Translations under genes and position numbers: made by a program
Assembly: GCA_963706075.1 (NCBI GenBank)
Contig: CAVPLP010000001.1
Location: forward strand, 836,541 to 900,540
From: an uncultured Actinomycetes bacterium
GTDB lineage: Bacteria; Actinomycetota; Thermoleophilia; Gaiellales; JAICJC01
Reading direction: 5' to 3'
Length of the DNA: 64,000 nt
Part shown: positions 1-7,959 of the stretch, piece after piece
Numbering within the stretch: position 1 is the stretch's first letter
Layout of the letters: every line of letters begins with the position of its first letter
The notes under the pieces: model-generated
Databases searched by the model: none
Told to the model about the DNA's origin: nothing
What the model saw: the letters and a program-made list of their open reading frames with translations, nothing else

Positions 1-827
1 ACCAGGGCCGGCGTGGATCCCAGCCGCTTGGAGGCACGCTCCAGCCGTGCAGCCGGATCGGCCGGATCGGAGGCCGGCGGCCGCTCGGCCGAGGCGCGGG
101 GCAAGAGCCATGGCATCCCAGCCAGGGCCGCGCGGGCGAGCGGCGGCGGGGCGTCGACCTCGATCGCGCCCGCCCTCATCGCGACGACCCGGTCCGCGAC
201 GTCGAACAGGCGCTCCGTGCGGTGCTCGGCGACGACGATGGCGATGCCGTGGCGGTCGCGCAGGTCGATCAGCGTCCGGATCAGCTCGTCCGCCGCCGCC
301 GGGTCGAGCTGGCTCGTCGGCTCGTCGAGGAGCAGCACCCGCGGCCCCATCGCGAGGACCGAGGCGATCGCCACCCGCTGGCGCTCTCCGCCGGAGAGCG
401 TCCGCGTCGTCCGCTCGGCGAGGTGCCCTGCGCCGACCATGTCGAGCGCGGCCATGGCGCGGGGATGGATCTCGCCGGGGGCGACGGCGAGGTTCTCGAG
501 CCCGAAGGCGGCCTCCGCCAGCACGTGCTGCATGACGACCTGCGCCTCGGGATCCTGGAACACGAGCCCCGCGTGCCTCGCGAGCTCGCCGGGCCTGTGC
601 CTGCGGGTGTCCAGTCCGGCGACGCACACGCGGCCGCAGAGCTCCCCGCCGTGGAAGTGCGGCACCAGCCCCAGCGCGGCGCGAAGGAGCGTTGACTTGC
701 CGCTTCCCGACTCGCCGACGAGGAGCACGAGCTCGCCCTCGTCGACGGCCAGCTCGACGTCCGCGAGCGCCGGCCGCCCGGCCGCGACGTAGCGGTGGCT
801 CACGCCCTCGAAGCTCAGGACCGGCAT
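1..827 (-). CDS. ECF/ABC transporter ATP-binding protein (CbiO/EcfA-like); 3' part runs off the left edge
   Basis: Not in the ORF track because it is partial. My minus-strand translation from ATG 827 reads MPVLSFEGVSHRY..., with Walker A GESGSGKST, signature LSGGERQR and Walker B LLLDEPTS. It overlaps the upstream T-component stop by 13 nt. Confidence 0.85.
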   Translation of the reverse strand, partial: MPVLSFEGVSHRYVAAGRPALADVELAVDEGELVLLVGESGSGKSTLLRAALGLVPHFHGGELCGRVCVAGLDTRRHRPGELARHAGLVFQDPEAQVVMQHVLAEAAFGLENLAVAPGEIHPRAMAALDMVGAGHLAERTTRTLSGGERQRVAIASVLAMGPRVLLLDEPTSQLDPAAADELIRTLIDLRDRHGIAIVVAEHRTERLFDVADRVVAMRAGAIEVDAPPPLARAALAGMPWLLPRASAERPPASDPADPAARLERASKRLGSTPAL

Positions 828-1639
828 CGCGCCACCCATGCGAACCCCACCGAGAGCACGACGAGCGCCGACGAGCCGGCGATGGCCGCGGCCGTCCACG
901 GGTCGTCGAGCAGGTCGAAGTAGCGAAAGTCGCCGGCACCCGTGACGAGCGCGGCGACCACGGTCGCGAGCGCACCGGCGCCGAGGCCGGTGAGGATGCG
1001 TTCGCGCGCCGTGAGCGCGCGGCCGGGCGCAGCCGACCGCGCCGGCCCCGCGTATCCGCGCGCCTCCATCGCCTCGGCGACCGCCAGCGCCCGCTCCAGC
1101 GACATCCCGACGAGCGGCCCCATGAGCCGGGCGGCCGTCGCGGGCTGCGAGACTCGCGCCGCGCGGGTGCGCGCGGCAACCAGCACTCCCGCGGCGTCGC
1201 GCTCCAGGGCGGGGAGCATCTGCGTGGTGAGCGACGCGATCATCGCCGACCGTGGGGCCACGCGGGCGACGGCTCGCAGGAGCAGGTCGGAGTCGGTCAG
1301 GCGCACGAAGGCGCCCACCGCCAGGGCGGTGGCGGCGATGCGCAGGCCCGCCGCGGCGCCGTAGGCCAGCTCCTCGGTGGTGATCTGGGTGTCGAGGATG
1401 GGGATGTCGGGGCCCTGCCAGAGCGTCGTCAGGCCCTGCACGGCGACGAACGGCTCGAGCAGGAACACCGTGAGGCCCGTCGTGAGGGCGAACACGGCGT
1501 ACATCCGCCGCGGGGGTCCTGCGGCGGCGAGCAGCGCTCCGGCGGCGATCGCCGCGGCGGCGGGGAAGAGCGGGTTCGAGAGCGTGATGGCCGCGGTGCA
1601 GACGGCAACAGTGACGAGCGTGGCGGGGAGCGGCTTCAC
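815..1639 (-). CDS. ECF transporter transmembrane T component (CbiQ/EcfT family)
   Basis: ORF 815..1744. The likely start is the GTG giving VKPLPATLVTVAV... (1639), which overlaps the upstream stop as GTGA. It is a multi-pass hydrophobic protein with the Ala/Arg-rich cytoplasmic helices typical of CbiQ (ERALAVAEAMEARGY). Confidence 0.8.
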   Translation of the reverse strand: MKPLPATLVTVAVCTAAITLSNPLFPAAAAIAAGALLAAAGPPRRMYAVFALTTGLTVFLLEPFVAVQGLTTLWQGPDIPILDTQITTEELAYGAAAGLRIAATALAVGAFVRLTDSDLLLRAVARVAPRSAMIASLTTQMLPALERDAAGVLVAARTRAARVSQPATAARLMGPLVGMSLERALAVAEAMEARGYAGPARSAAPGRALTARERILTGLGAGALATVVAALVTGAGDFRYFDLLDDPWTAAAIAGSSALVVLSVGFAWVARCRS

Positions 1640-2519
1640 CGCCGGCCTCCGGCGGCAACGACGTGGCCGCCGCCGTCGAGCGCCACGGCGTACGTGCTCG
1701 CGACCTTGCCGGGGTGCTCGGCCAGCGTCCGGGCCGCAGCGCACGCCGCCCGCGGGATGTCGCCCGCGACGATCAGCTCCGCCGACCGGCCCGTGGCGTC
1801 GCCGGGCTGATAGGCCGCGATCAGGGCGTGCGCCTGTGGGTCAGGGCGGGGACCGCCGGGAGTCCGGTAGACCATGACCTGCCCCGCGTCGAGGTAGACG
1901 GTGAGGCCGCGGCCGCGACGGAGGTCCGGTGCGAGCGCCGGCGCCGCCTGCGCGAACGTCTCGACCCGGACCGTGAACGGCGACGACCCGTGGTCAGGTG
2001 CGCGCCGGCCGCTCGCAACGTGCCCGCGACGTCGGCCGAGCAGGGCAGGCCGGTCACCTGGACAGCCGTCGGGCGGTGGCCGTCGTAGCCGTGCACGAAC
2101 GGCTCGGGCCACGAGCCGATCGCCACGGGCACGTGGATGAGGTCGTTCCAGTACCGGTAGTCCCACCACTCACGGTCGCCCGGCCGCAGGTTGTAGTCGG
2201 CGGCTCCCCGGTCGGCCTCGACGCCGTTGATGAAGTAGAGCCAGTCCCATCCGGCCGACCGGTCGCCATGGACGCCGTCGATCGCCTCGACGAAGCGTCC
2301 GCCGTACGCCGTGTCCACGGTGGCCGTGCGGCGCAGCGCGTCGAGCGCCGACTGGCCGGGCGCCGCCCGTGCGCCGTCGATCCGGCGGCCGCCGAAGTCA
2401 CGGGTGACCGTGACCGTGACGGCGGCGGGGCCGGGGGGCGGTGTCGCGGCCGTCTGGCCGCATCCACCGCCCACCGCCCCCAGGATCGCCCAGGCTATGA
2501 GGAGCCGACGTGCACCCAT
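1636..2519 (-). pseudogene. DUF4430-type lipoprotein (transcobalamin-like beta domain), apparently frameshifted as sequenced
   Basis: The N-terminus MGARRLLIAWAILGAVGGGCGQ has a lipobox-like GGGC. It is followed by a DUF4430-like core (GWDWLYFINGVEADRGAADYNLRPGDREWWDYRYW) in ORF 1821..2645. Protein-like sequence continues in the frame of ORF 1636..2169 (SSPFTVRVETFAQ...STYAVALDGGGHVVAAGG), and that frame's stop overlaps the cbiQ GTG. The frame change lies around 1990-2010. Confidence 0.6.
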
Positions 2520-3202
2520 ACCGTCGGCGATCGGATCGCGCCGGGAAGGGTGGCGCGGACGGCGTACGTCCCCGTCCGTGTGAACCGGACCGTGACCCGG
2601 CCCAGGCTGCCGGCCTGCGTCGCTGCCCCGTTCACCGATACCCACGCGTGTGCGGCGGGCGTGCCCGTTCCGGCGTCGTCATACGAGGCGACGGTGAACG
2701 TCGCCGTCGCGCCGGGTTCGAGGCTCCGCGACGTCGCCTTGAGGCCGAGCGTCGGCTCCGTGGCGCCCGTGTTCGGGTCAAACGTCGTCCAGTAGAAGAG
2801 CGCGTGCATCCCCGGTGTCGCCCTGACTGACCCGGCACCGAGGGACGAGAGCGCATGCCCGACCTTGAACGCCCAGAAGTGCGACGCGTCACCGGCCTTG
2901 CCGGCGATCGAGTCGACGAAGAACCCGCAGCACGAGAACCATGTCAGCCCCACCCCGAACCGGTGGTTGTGCGATGCGGTGAGAAGCGCGCCGAGCGGTG
3001 TGGGCTGGGCGAGCCGGTGGCCCTGCACCATGCCCGTGAGCGGCACCGGCCGCCCGGCGAACACCGTGCGGGACGGGCCCTCGACGCGCAGGGCGACGTG
3101 GACCCTGGCGGCAGCGGCAGGACCGGCGGCCACCAGGATGGCAAGGGCGGCGATGAGAGCCGCGAACGTCAGGCGAAGCCTGTGCAACGTGTCCTCCTTC
3201 AT
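2495..3202 (-). CDS. Secreted protein with an N-terminal DUF4430-like domain and a C-terminal Ig-like beta-sandwich
   Basis: ORF 2495..3202. Signal peptide LTFAALIAALAILVAAGPAAAA; DUF4430-like segment FGVGLTWFSCCGFFVDSIAGKAGDASHFWAFKVG. The alternative start TTG 3187 sits 5 nt after AAGGAGG and may be the true start. This is the first gene after the riboswitch. Confidence 0.65.
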   Translation of the reverse strand: MKEDTLHRLRLTFAALIAALAILVAAGPAAAARVHVALRVEGPSRTVFAGRPVPLTGMVQGHRLAQPTPLGALLTASHNHRFGVGLTWFSCCGFFVDSIAGKAGDASHFWAFKVGHALSSLGAGSVRATPGMHALFYWTTFDPNTGATEPTLGLKATSRSLEPGATATFTVASYDDAGTGTPAAHAWVSVNGAATQAGSLGRVTVRFTRTGTYAVRATLPGAIRSPTVWVHVGSS

Positions 3203-3224
3203 CGAGAGGCATCGACGTCAGATC

Positions 3225-3395
3225 GCGGGCGGCAGGTCTTCTGGCTCGGACGCGTCTCCCGGTTTCCCGGGCCGACCGGCTTACCTTCCCGGCCCTCTCG
3301 AGCCAGTGGCCACCTTGCGGTGACGCCGGACGGACGCCCTTACAGCGGCGGGACCGCGCCGGCTTTGCACCGGCTTCCCTTGACCGCTCGCGGGG
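3225..3395 (-). promoter_or_regulatory. Cobalamin (B12) riboswitch
   Basis: The minus strand reads GGTCAAGGGAAGCCGGTGCAAAGCCGGCGCGGTCCCGCCGCTGTAAGGGCG...CAAGGTGGCCACTGGCTCGAGAGGGCCGGGAAGGTAAGCCGGTCGG. This contains the conserved AGGGAA/GGTG/CCCGC core and the B12 box GCCACTGG...GGGAAGG. It lies directly upstream of the 3202 start. The boundaries are approximate. Confidence 0.85.
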
Positions 3396-3409
3396 CGCGA
3401 GTGTACCAG

Positions 3410-4243
3410 CTACGGGCGCTCGCCGGCCGGGTAGCAGCCGAGGTGCGAGAGCTCCGCGACGTGCCCCTCGAGCTCCCGGAGCGCGGCCGCCACCGAGTCG
3501 TCGAGCGGGTGCCCCTCGAGGTCGGCGTAGAACTGGTAGTTCCACGGGCGGCCCGCGATCGGTCGCGACTGGAGCGAGGTCATGTTGACGCCGTGGCGGC
3601 CGAGCGGCTCGATGGCGTCGACCAGGGCGCCGGGGTGGTGGTGGGTGACGAACCGCACCGCCGTGCGCCAGGGACGGCCGTCGTTGCGGTCGAGCCGGGT
3701 GTGCGCGGCGACGGCGACGAAGCGCGTGTAGTTCTGGGCGTGGTCCGAGACGTCGTTCAGGAGCACGTCGAGGCCGTGCTGCGCCGCGGCTGCGCGCGAC
3801 GAGATCGCGGCCTGTCGTGGGTCGCCGGCGTCTGCCACCCGCCGGGCGGCGGCCGCCGTGCTCGGGGCGACGTCGGGGAGCGCGTCGGGGATCGACGACA
3901 GGAACCTGCGGCACTGTGCCAGGGCGGCCGGGTGGGAGTGGATCCGCGCCAGTGCGTCGATGTTCGCGCCGGCCATCCCGACCAGGCAGTGGGGCACGGC
4001 GATCACGACCTCGTCGACGATGGCGAGCGGGGCGTGGGCCAGGAGGTCGTAGGTCTCGGGGATGGCGCCCGCCAGCGAGTTCTCGATCGGAAGGACGCCG
4101 CACACCGCCTCGCCGCGGGTCACGGCGCGCATGACGTCGGCGAACGACCGGCACGCCACGAGCTCGGCGTCCGGGTACAGCCGCGACGCCGCCTCGGCCG
4201 CGTAGGCGCTCTCCTCTCCGAAATGGGCGACGGTCGCCGTCAT
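3410..4243 (-). CDS. pheA: Prephenate dehydratase
   Basis: ORF 3410..4243. PDT domain (VLPIENSLAGAIPETYDLL, TRFV) plus a C-terminal ACT domain (SLQSRPIAGRPWNYQFYADLEGH). SD GGAGGA lies 6 nt before the ATG. Confidence 0.9.
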   Translation of the reverse strand: MTATVAHFGEESAYAAEAASRLYPDAELVACRSFADVMRAVTRGEAVCGVLPIENSLAGAIPETYDLLAHAPLAIVDEVVIAVPHCLVGMAGANIDALARIHSHPAALAQCRRFLSSIPDALPDVAPSTAAAARRVADAGDPRQAAISSRAAAAQHGLDVLLNDVSDHAQNYTRFVAVAAHTRLDRNDGRPWRTAVRFVTHHHPGALVDAIEPLGRHGVNMTSLQSRPIAGRPWNYQFYADLEGHPLDDSVAAALRELEGHVAELSHLGCYPAGERP

Positions 4244-4258
4244 GGATTTCCTCCGTTT

Positions 4259-4290
4259 AAACGAGAAAGGCCCCCGGTGCTCCGGAGGCC
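4259..4290 (-). terminator. Intrinsic terminator/attenuator hairpin immediately upstream of the pheA SD
   Basis: Minus strand GGCCUCCGG-AGCA-CCGGGGGCC forms a 9-bp stem with one G.U pair. It is followed by UUUCUCGUUUAAA, and the pheA SD starts right after that. Confidence 0.7.
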
Positions 4291-4321
4291 GCTTTGGTCG
4301 CTTCGCGTGTTTCGCGCGCAG

Positions 4322-4378
4322 TCAGCCGCCTCCGATGTCCTCGGTAAAGGCGAAGCCGAACGCGAACGACGAGTACAT
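4322..4378 (-). CDS. Candidate Phe-rich leader peptide (18 aa) of a pheA attenuator
   Basis: The minus strand reads ATG TAC TCG TCG TTC GCG TTC GGC TTC GCC TTT ACC GAG GAC ATC GGA GGC GGC TGA, giving MYSSFAFGFAFTEDIGGG (4 Phe among residues 5-11). This is the tail of ORF 4322..4618. The last codons (CGGAGGC) are complementary to the 5' arm of the terminator (GCCUCCG). Confidence 0.55.
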   Translation of the reverse strand: MYSSFAFGFAFTEDIGGG

Positions 4379-4386
4379 TGCGCGCC

Positions 4387-5211
4387 ATGCTACCAGAGGA
4401 CGTGCTGGTCTCGGCGATCGCTCGGGCCGTCGGGGAGCCGTCCGGCGGGGTCGTCCTCGGGATCGGCGACGACGCGGCCGTGCTCGATGACGGCACCGTG
4501 GTGTCGACCGACATCCTGGTCGAGGGCGTGCACTTCGATCTCGCCCGGACGACGCCGCGCGACGTCGGCCACCGGGCGGCGACGGCCAACCTCTCCGACC
4601 TCGCGGCGATGGGCGCACGGCCCGTGGCGCTGCTCGCGGCGTTCGGCCTGCCGCCCGGGTTCGACGACGCGGCGGAGGTCGCCGCGGGGATGCGCGAGCA
4701 CGGCGTCCCGGTCGCCGGCGGCGACCTCTCGCGCGCGCCGGTCCTGATCGTGTCGGTCACGGCCCTGGGCCGAAGCGACCGGCCGGTGCGGCGGTCGGGT
4801 GGCCGCCCCGGCGACGTGCTCGTCGTGACCGGGCCGCTGGGAGGACAGGCCGCCGCCGGGTATGCCGGCCGGGTCATGCCGCGCACGGACGAGGGGTGCG
4901 CGCTGGCGGCCGTGGCGACGGCGATGATCGACCTCTCCGACGGCATCGCGACCGACGCCGTCCGGCTGGCCCGGGCGTCCGGCACGGGGGCGGTCATCGA
5001 GCTCGAGCGACTGCCGCGGGCGCCGGGGGCCACGGTCGAGCAGGCTGCGACGGGCGGTGAGGACTACGAGCTCCTGGCGGCGATTCCCCCCGGCACCGAG
5101 GCGCCCGTGCCAGTCACGATCGTCGGCCGCCTGACCGAGGGTGGCGATGTGGCCATGGTGGACGCAGTCGGAGAGCCCCAGCAGCTGCGCGGCTGGGATC
5201 ACTTCGCGTGA
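4387..5211 (+). CDS. thiL: Thiamine-monophosphate kinase
   Basis: ORF 4378..5211 (TTG at 4378; ATG 4387 preferred). AIR-synthase-like motifs GIGDDAAVL, HRAATANLSDLAAMGA and GGDLS. Confidence 0.85.
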   Translation: MLPEDVLVSAIARAVGEPSGGVVLGIGDDAAVLDDGTVVSTDILVEGVHFDLARTTPRDVGHRAATANLSDLAAMGARPVALLAAFGLPPGFDDAAEVAAGMREHGVPVAGGDLSRAPVLIVSVTALGRSDRPVRRSGGRPGDVLVVTGPLGGQAAAGYAGRVMPRTDEGCALAAVATAMIDLSDGIATDAVRLARASGTGAVIELERLPRAPGATVEQAATGGEDYELLAAIPPGTEAPVPVTIVGRLTEGGDVAMVDAVGEPQQLRGWDHFA

Positions 5212-6044
5212 TCCCGGTTCTGGCAGGGCTCACGGCCGCCGTCATGTGGGGCCTCTCGACGGTCGTCGCCTCACGTTCGACAAAGGTGCTCGGCTCCCAG
5301 GGAGCGCTGGCCTGGGTGATGCTGATCGGCGGCGCGTTGACGCTGGCGCTCGCTCCGATCTCGGGCATCCCGCACGGCATCTCCAACACCGCGTGGGGCT
5401 GGGCGATCACGGCCGGCTTCGGGTCGGCCTTCGGCCTCTCGATGATGTACCGGGCGCTGCGCATCGGCAAGGTGGGCGTGGTGGCGCCGATCGCCTCGAC
5501 CGAGGGTGCGCTCGCGGCCGTCCTCTCGATCGCGCTCGGCGAGCGCCTGACGGCGGGGATCGCCATCTGTCTGAGCGTGATCGCGCTCGGGATCTTCGTC
5601 GTCACTCTGCGCGGCTCCGCGACCGACATCCACCTGCGTCCGTCGCTCTATGCGATGGCGGCGGCCTGCAGCTTCGGGATCGGGCTTGTGGGGAGCTCGA
5701 AGGCGGGACACGAGCTCGGGGCGATCTGGACGATCCTCGTTGCCCGCGTCATCGGCGTGAGCGTGATCGCGGGACCGCTCATCGTGCGCCGCACGCTGCC
5801 CCGGCCCGGCCGTGTGTGGTGGATGGTCACCTTCTCGGCGCTCGCCGAGCTGATCGGCTTTGCCGCCTTCATCGGCGGCTCCAAGAACGGCGTCGCGATC
5901 CCGGCCGTGCTGGCCTCGCAGTTCGCCGCGGTCGCCGCGGCCACGAGCTACGTCGTCTTCGGCGAGCGGCTCGGCGTCCGTCAGCGCGCCGGCGCGGTCG
6001 TCATCTTCGTGGGCGTCGCGGCGTTGTCGCTTCTACGCGCCTGA
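5208..6044 (+). CDS. EamA/DMT-family transporter
   Basis: ORF 5208..6044 with about 10 hydrophobic helices and two EamA-like halves. Its GTG start overlaps the thiL stop (GTGA). Confidence 0.75.
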   Translation: MIPVLAGLTAAVMWGLSTVVASRSTKVLGSQGALAWVMLIGGALTLALAPISGIPHGISNTAWGWAITAGFGSAFGLSMMYRALRIGKVGVVAPIASTEGALAAVLSIALGERLTAGIAICLSVIALGIFVVTLRGSATDIHLRPSLYAMAAACSFGIGLVGSSKAGHELGAIWTILVARVIGVSVIAGPLIVRRTLPRPGRVWWMVTFSALAELIGFAAFIGGSKNGVAIPAVLASQFAAVAAATSYVVFGERLGVRQRAGAVVIFVGVAALSLLRA

Positions 6045-6377
6045 GCTCGCGCCGAGCCAGGTCGAGAGCTCATCCTCGATCCGCCGTCGCGGCAGCGCGC
6101 CGATCAGCTTCTTCTGCATCTGCCCGCCCTCGAACACCATGACGGTCGGGATCGAGAGGATGTCGTACCGGGCCGCGGTCTGGAAGTTGTCGTCGACGTT
6201 CAGCTTGGTGAACTTGACGCGCCCGGCGTGCTGGCCGGCGAGCTCGTCGAGGATCGGGTCCATGACCCGGCACGGGCCGCACCACGGCGCCCAGAAGTCG
6301 ACGACGACCGGCTGATCGGAGCCGACGACCTCGGCGTCCCACGTGGAATCGGTCACCTCGAGCATGCTCTCGGCCAT
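6033..6377 (-). CDS. trxA: Thioredoxin
   Basis: Inner ATG of ORF 6033..6623 gives a 114-aa protein, MAESMLEVTDSTWDAEVV...FWAPWCGPCRVM, with the WCGPC active site. Confidence 0.92.
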   Translation of the reverse strand: MAESMLEVTDSTWDAEVVGSDQPVVVDFWAPWCGPCRVMDPILDELAGQHAGRVKFTKLNVDDNFQTAARYDILSIPTVMVFEGGQMQKKLIGALPRRRIEDELSTWLGASSGA

Positions 6378-6403
6378 GCGCGGACTATACCCGTGTCCAT
6401 GAG

Positions 6404-7888
6404 CTAGGCATGAATGTAAACGCCCATGCCGACGCTGACCATCGTGAAGAGCCGCTCCGCGTCGGGGATCTGCATGCGGATGCAGCCGTGCGAGACGCTG
6501 TAGCCGATCGAGGCGGGGTCGTCGGTGCCGTGGATCCCGACGCCGGGCGACGAGAGCCCCATCCAGCGCGTCCCGAGCGGGTTCCCGGGGCCGGGCGGGA
6601 TCGGCACCGCGCCCTGGGCCCACGGCGCGTCCGGAGGCGGCACCCAGGTCGGGTTCTCGACCTTGCTGATGATGGTGAAGTGGCCGTCCGGGGTCGGGTA
6701 GGCCGGCTGGCCCACCGCGACGGGGAACGAGACGGGCGGGTGCCCGAACCGCTCGAGCGTGAGCAGGTGCGCTGACTGGTCGATCGTGATCCGGCCCGAG
6801 AGCGCCCCGAGCGTGTAGATGCCCACCGCTCCGTCGATCGGGAGGTCGCTCGCCTTCTGGAACGCCTTGACGGCGGCCACGGTGCCGGAGGCGTAGACGC
6901 CCGTCGCCGGCCCGTGCAGGTACCCCTGGCGGCGGAGCAGCTTCTGGAGGTCGCTCACGTCCTTTCCGATCGCGCCACGGCGCAGGGTTGCGTTCCCGAG
7001 GTGCTCGGTCGAGTCGACGACGAAGTGCTGGCGCTGCTCGGTGCGGTTGCCGGCGAGGTCGTGGGCCGTGACGGAAAGCGTGTGGCGGCCCTGCGAGAGC
7101 GGCATCGCGGGGCGCGACCCGGCCTGGGTGCGGAGGCCGTCGAGGCGGACGGTCTCGTGCGTCGGCGCGGTGTCGGAGACATCGACCTTGAGCTGCGGCC
7201 GGCTCGAGCGCACGACGTCGGGGAGCCCGAACGTGACGGCGGGCGCCGTGGCGTCGACCTTCACGTTGGCGTTCACGGTGCGGCGGTTGCCGGCGGCGTC
7301 GGTCGCTGTCACGACGAGCGGGATGGTGCCGTCGGAGACGGTCAGTGACAGCGCGAACGCCCCGTCAGCGGCGGCGGTTGCATGCGCCGTCGCGGCGTGG
7401 GCCGCCGCCGTGACCCGGGCGCCGGGCTGCGTGTGGCCCGAGATCGCGAGCGTCTGGTCTCGCACCCATCCGGTCGGCAGCGCGCCGAGCCTGAGCTTCG
7501 GCGCATGGGTGTCGACGACGAACGCCCACGAGCGGCTGAGGCTCCCGGCGAACGTGCCGTCGCCCTGGGCGATGACCGACACCGTGTGCCGCCCGTCGGG
7601 GAGGTGGGCGCCGGTCAGGCGGATCGCACCGCCGGCCATCGAGCTCGCGGTCGTGAGGTCGCGGCCGTCGACGCGCAGCGTGTAGCGGCCGAGGTGGCCG
7701 GCGTTGGAGACACGGATCGAGATGTCGGGCGTGGCCGACCGCACGCTTGCGCCCGCCAGCGGCGAGACCGCACCGAAGCTGGCCTTCGTGGAGTACCCGT
7801 AGGCGACGAAGCCGACCGCTCCCACCGCCACGACGACGACAGCGCCCACTGCGACCTTCGCTCCGGCGGAGTTCAGCCACCCTCCCAT
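6404..7888 (-). CDS. L,D-transpeptidase with Ig-like repeats and a peptidoglycan-binding domain
   Basis: ORF 6404..7957; likely start MGGWLNSAGAKVAVGAVVVVAV (TM anchor). PG_binding-like LQKLLRRQGYL...VKAFQKASDLPIDG; C-terminal YkuD domain with GIHGT...SHGCIRM. Confidence 0.88.
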   Translation of the reverse strand: MGGWLNSAGAKVAVGAVVVVAVGAVGFVAYGYSTKASFGAVSPLAGASVRSATPDISIRVSNAGHLGRYTLRVDGRDLTTASSMAGGAIRLTGAHLPDGRHTVSVIAQGDGTFAGSLSRSWAFVVDTHAPKLRLGALPTGWVRDQTLAISGHTQPGARVTAAAHAATAHATAAADGAFALSLTVSDGTIPLVVTATDAAGNRRTVNANVKVDATAPAVTFGLPDVVRSSRPQLKVDVSDTAPTHETVRLDGLRTQAGSRPAMPLSQGRHTLSVTAHDLAGNRTEQRQHFVVDSTEHLGNATLRRGAIGKDVSDLQKLLRRQGYLHGPATGVYASGTVAAVKAFQKASDLPIDGAVGIYTLGALSGRITIDQSAHLLTLERFGHPPVSFPVAVGQPAYPTPDGHFTIISKVENPTWVPPPDAPWAQGAVPIPPGPGNPLGTRWMGLSSPGVGIHGTDDPASIGYSVSHGCIRMQIPDAERLFTMVSVGMGVYIHA

Positions 7889-7959
7889 CTCCCCAAAATG
7901 TACCAGCGTAGGGGCCCGAACCGGTAACCGTGCGGCACCTCGGTTCGTATCATCCACCC

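Noticed and set aside
4244-4386. TPP riboswitch in front of thiL.
   Set aside because: There is no CTGAGA / ACCTGATCTGGATAATGCCAGCG-like core on the plus strand. The structure in this interval is better explained as the minus-strand pheA leader/attenuator.
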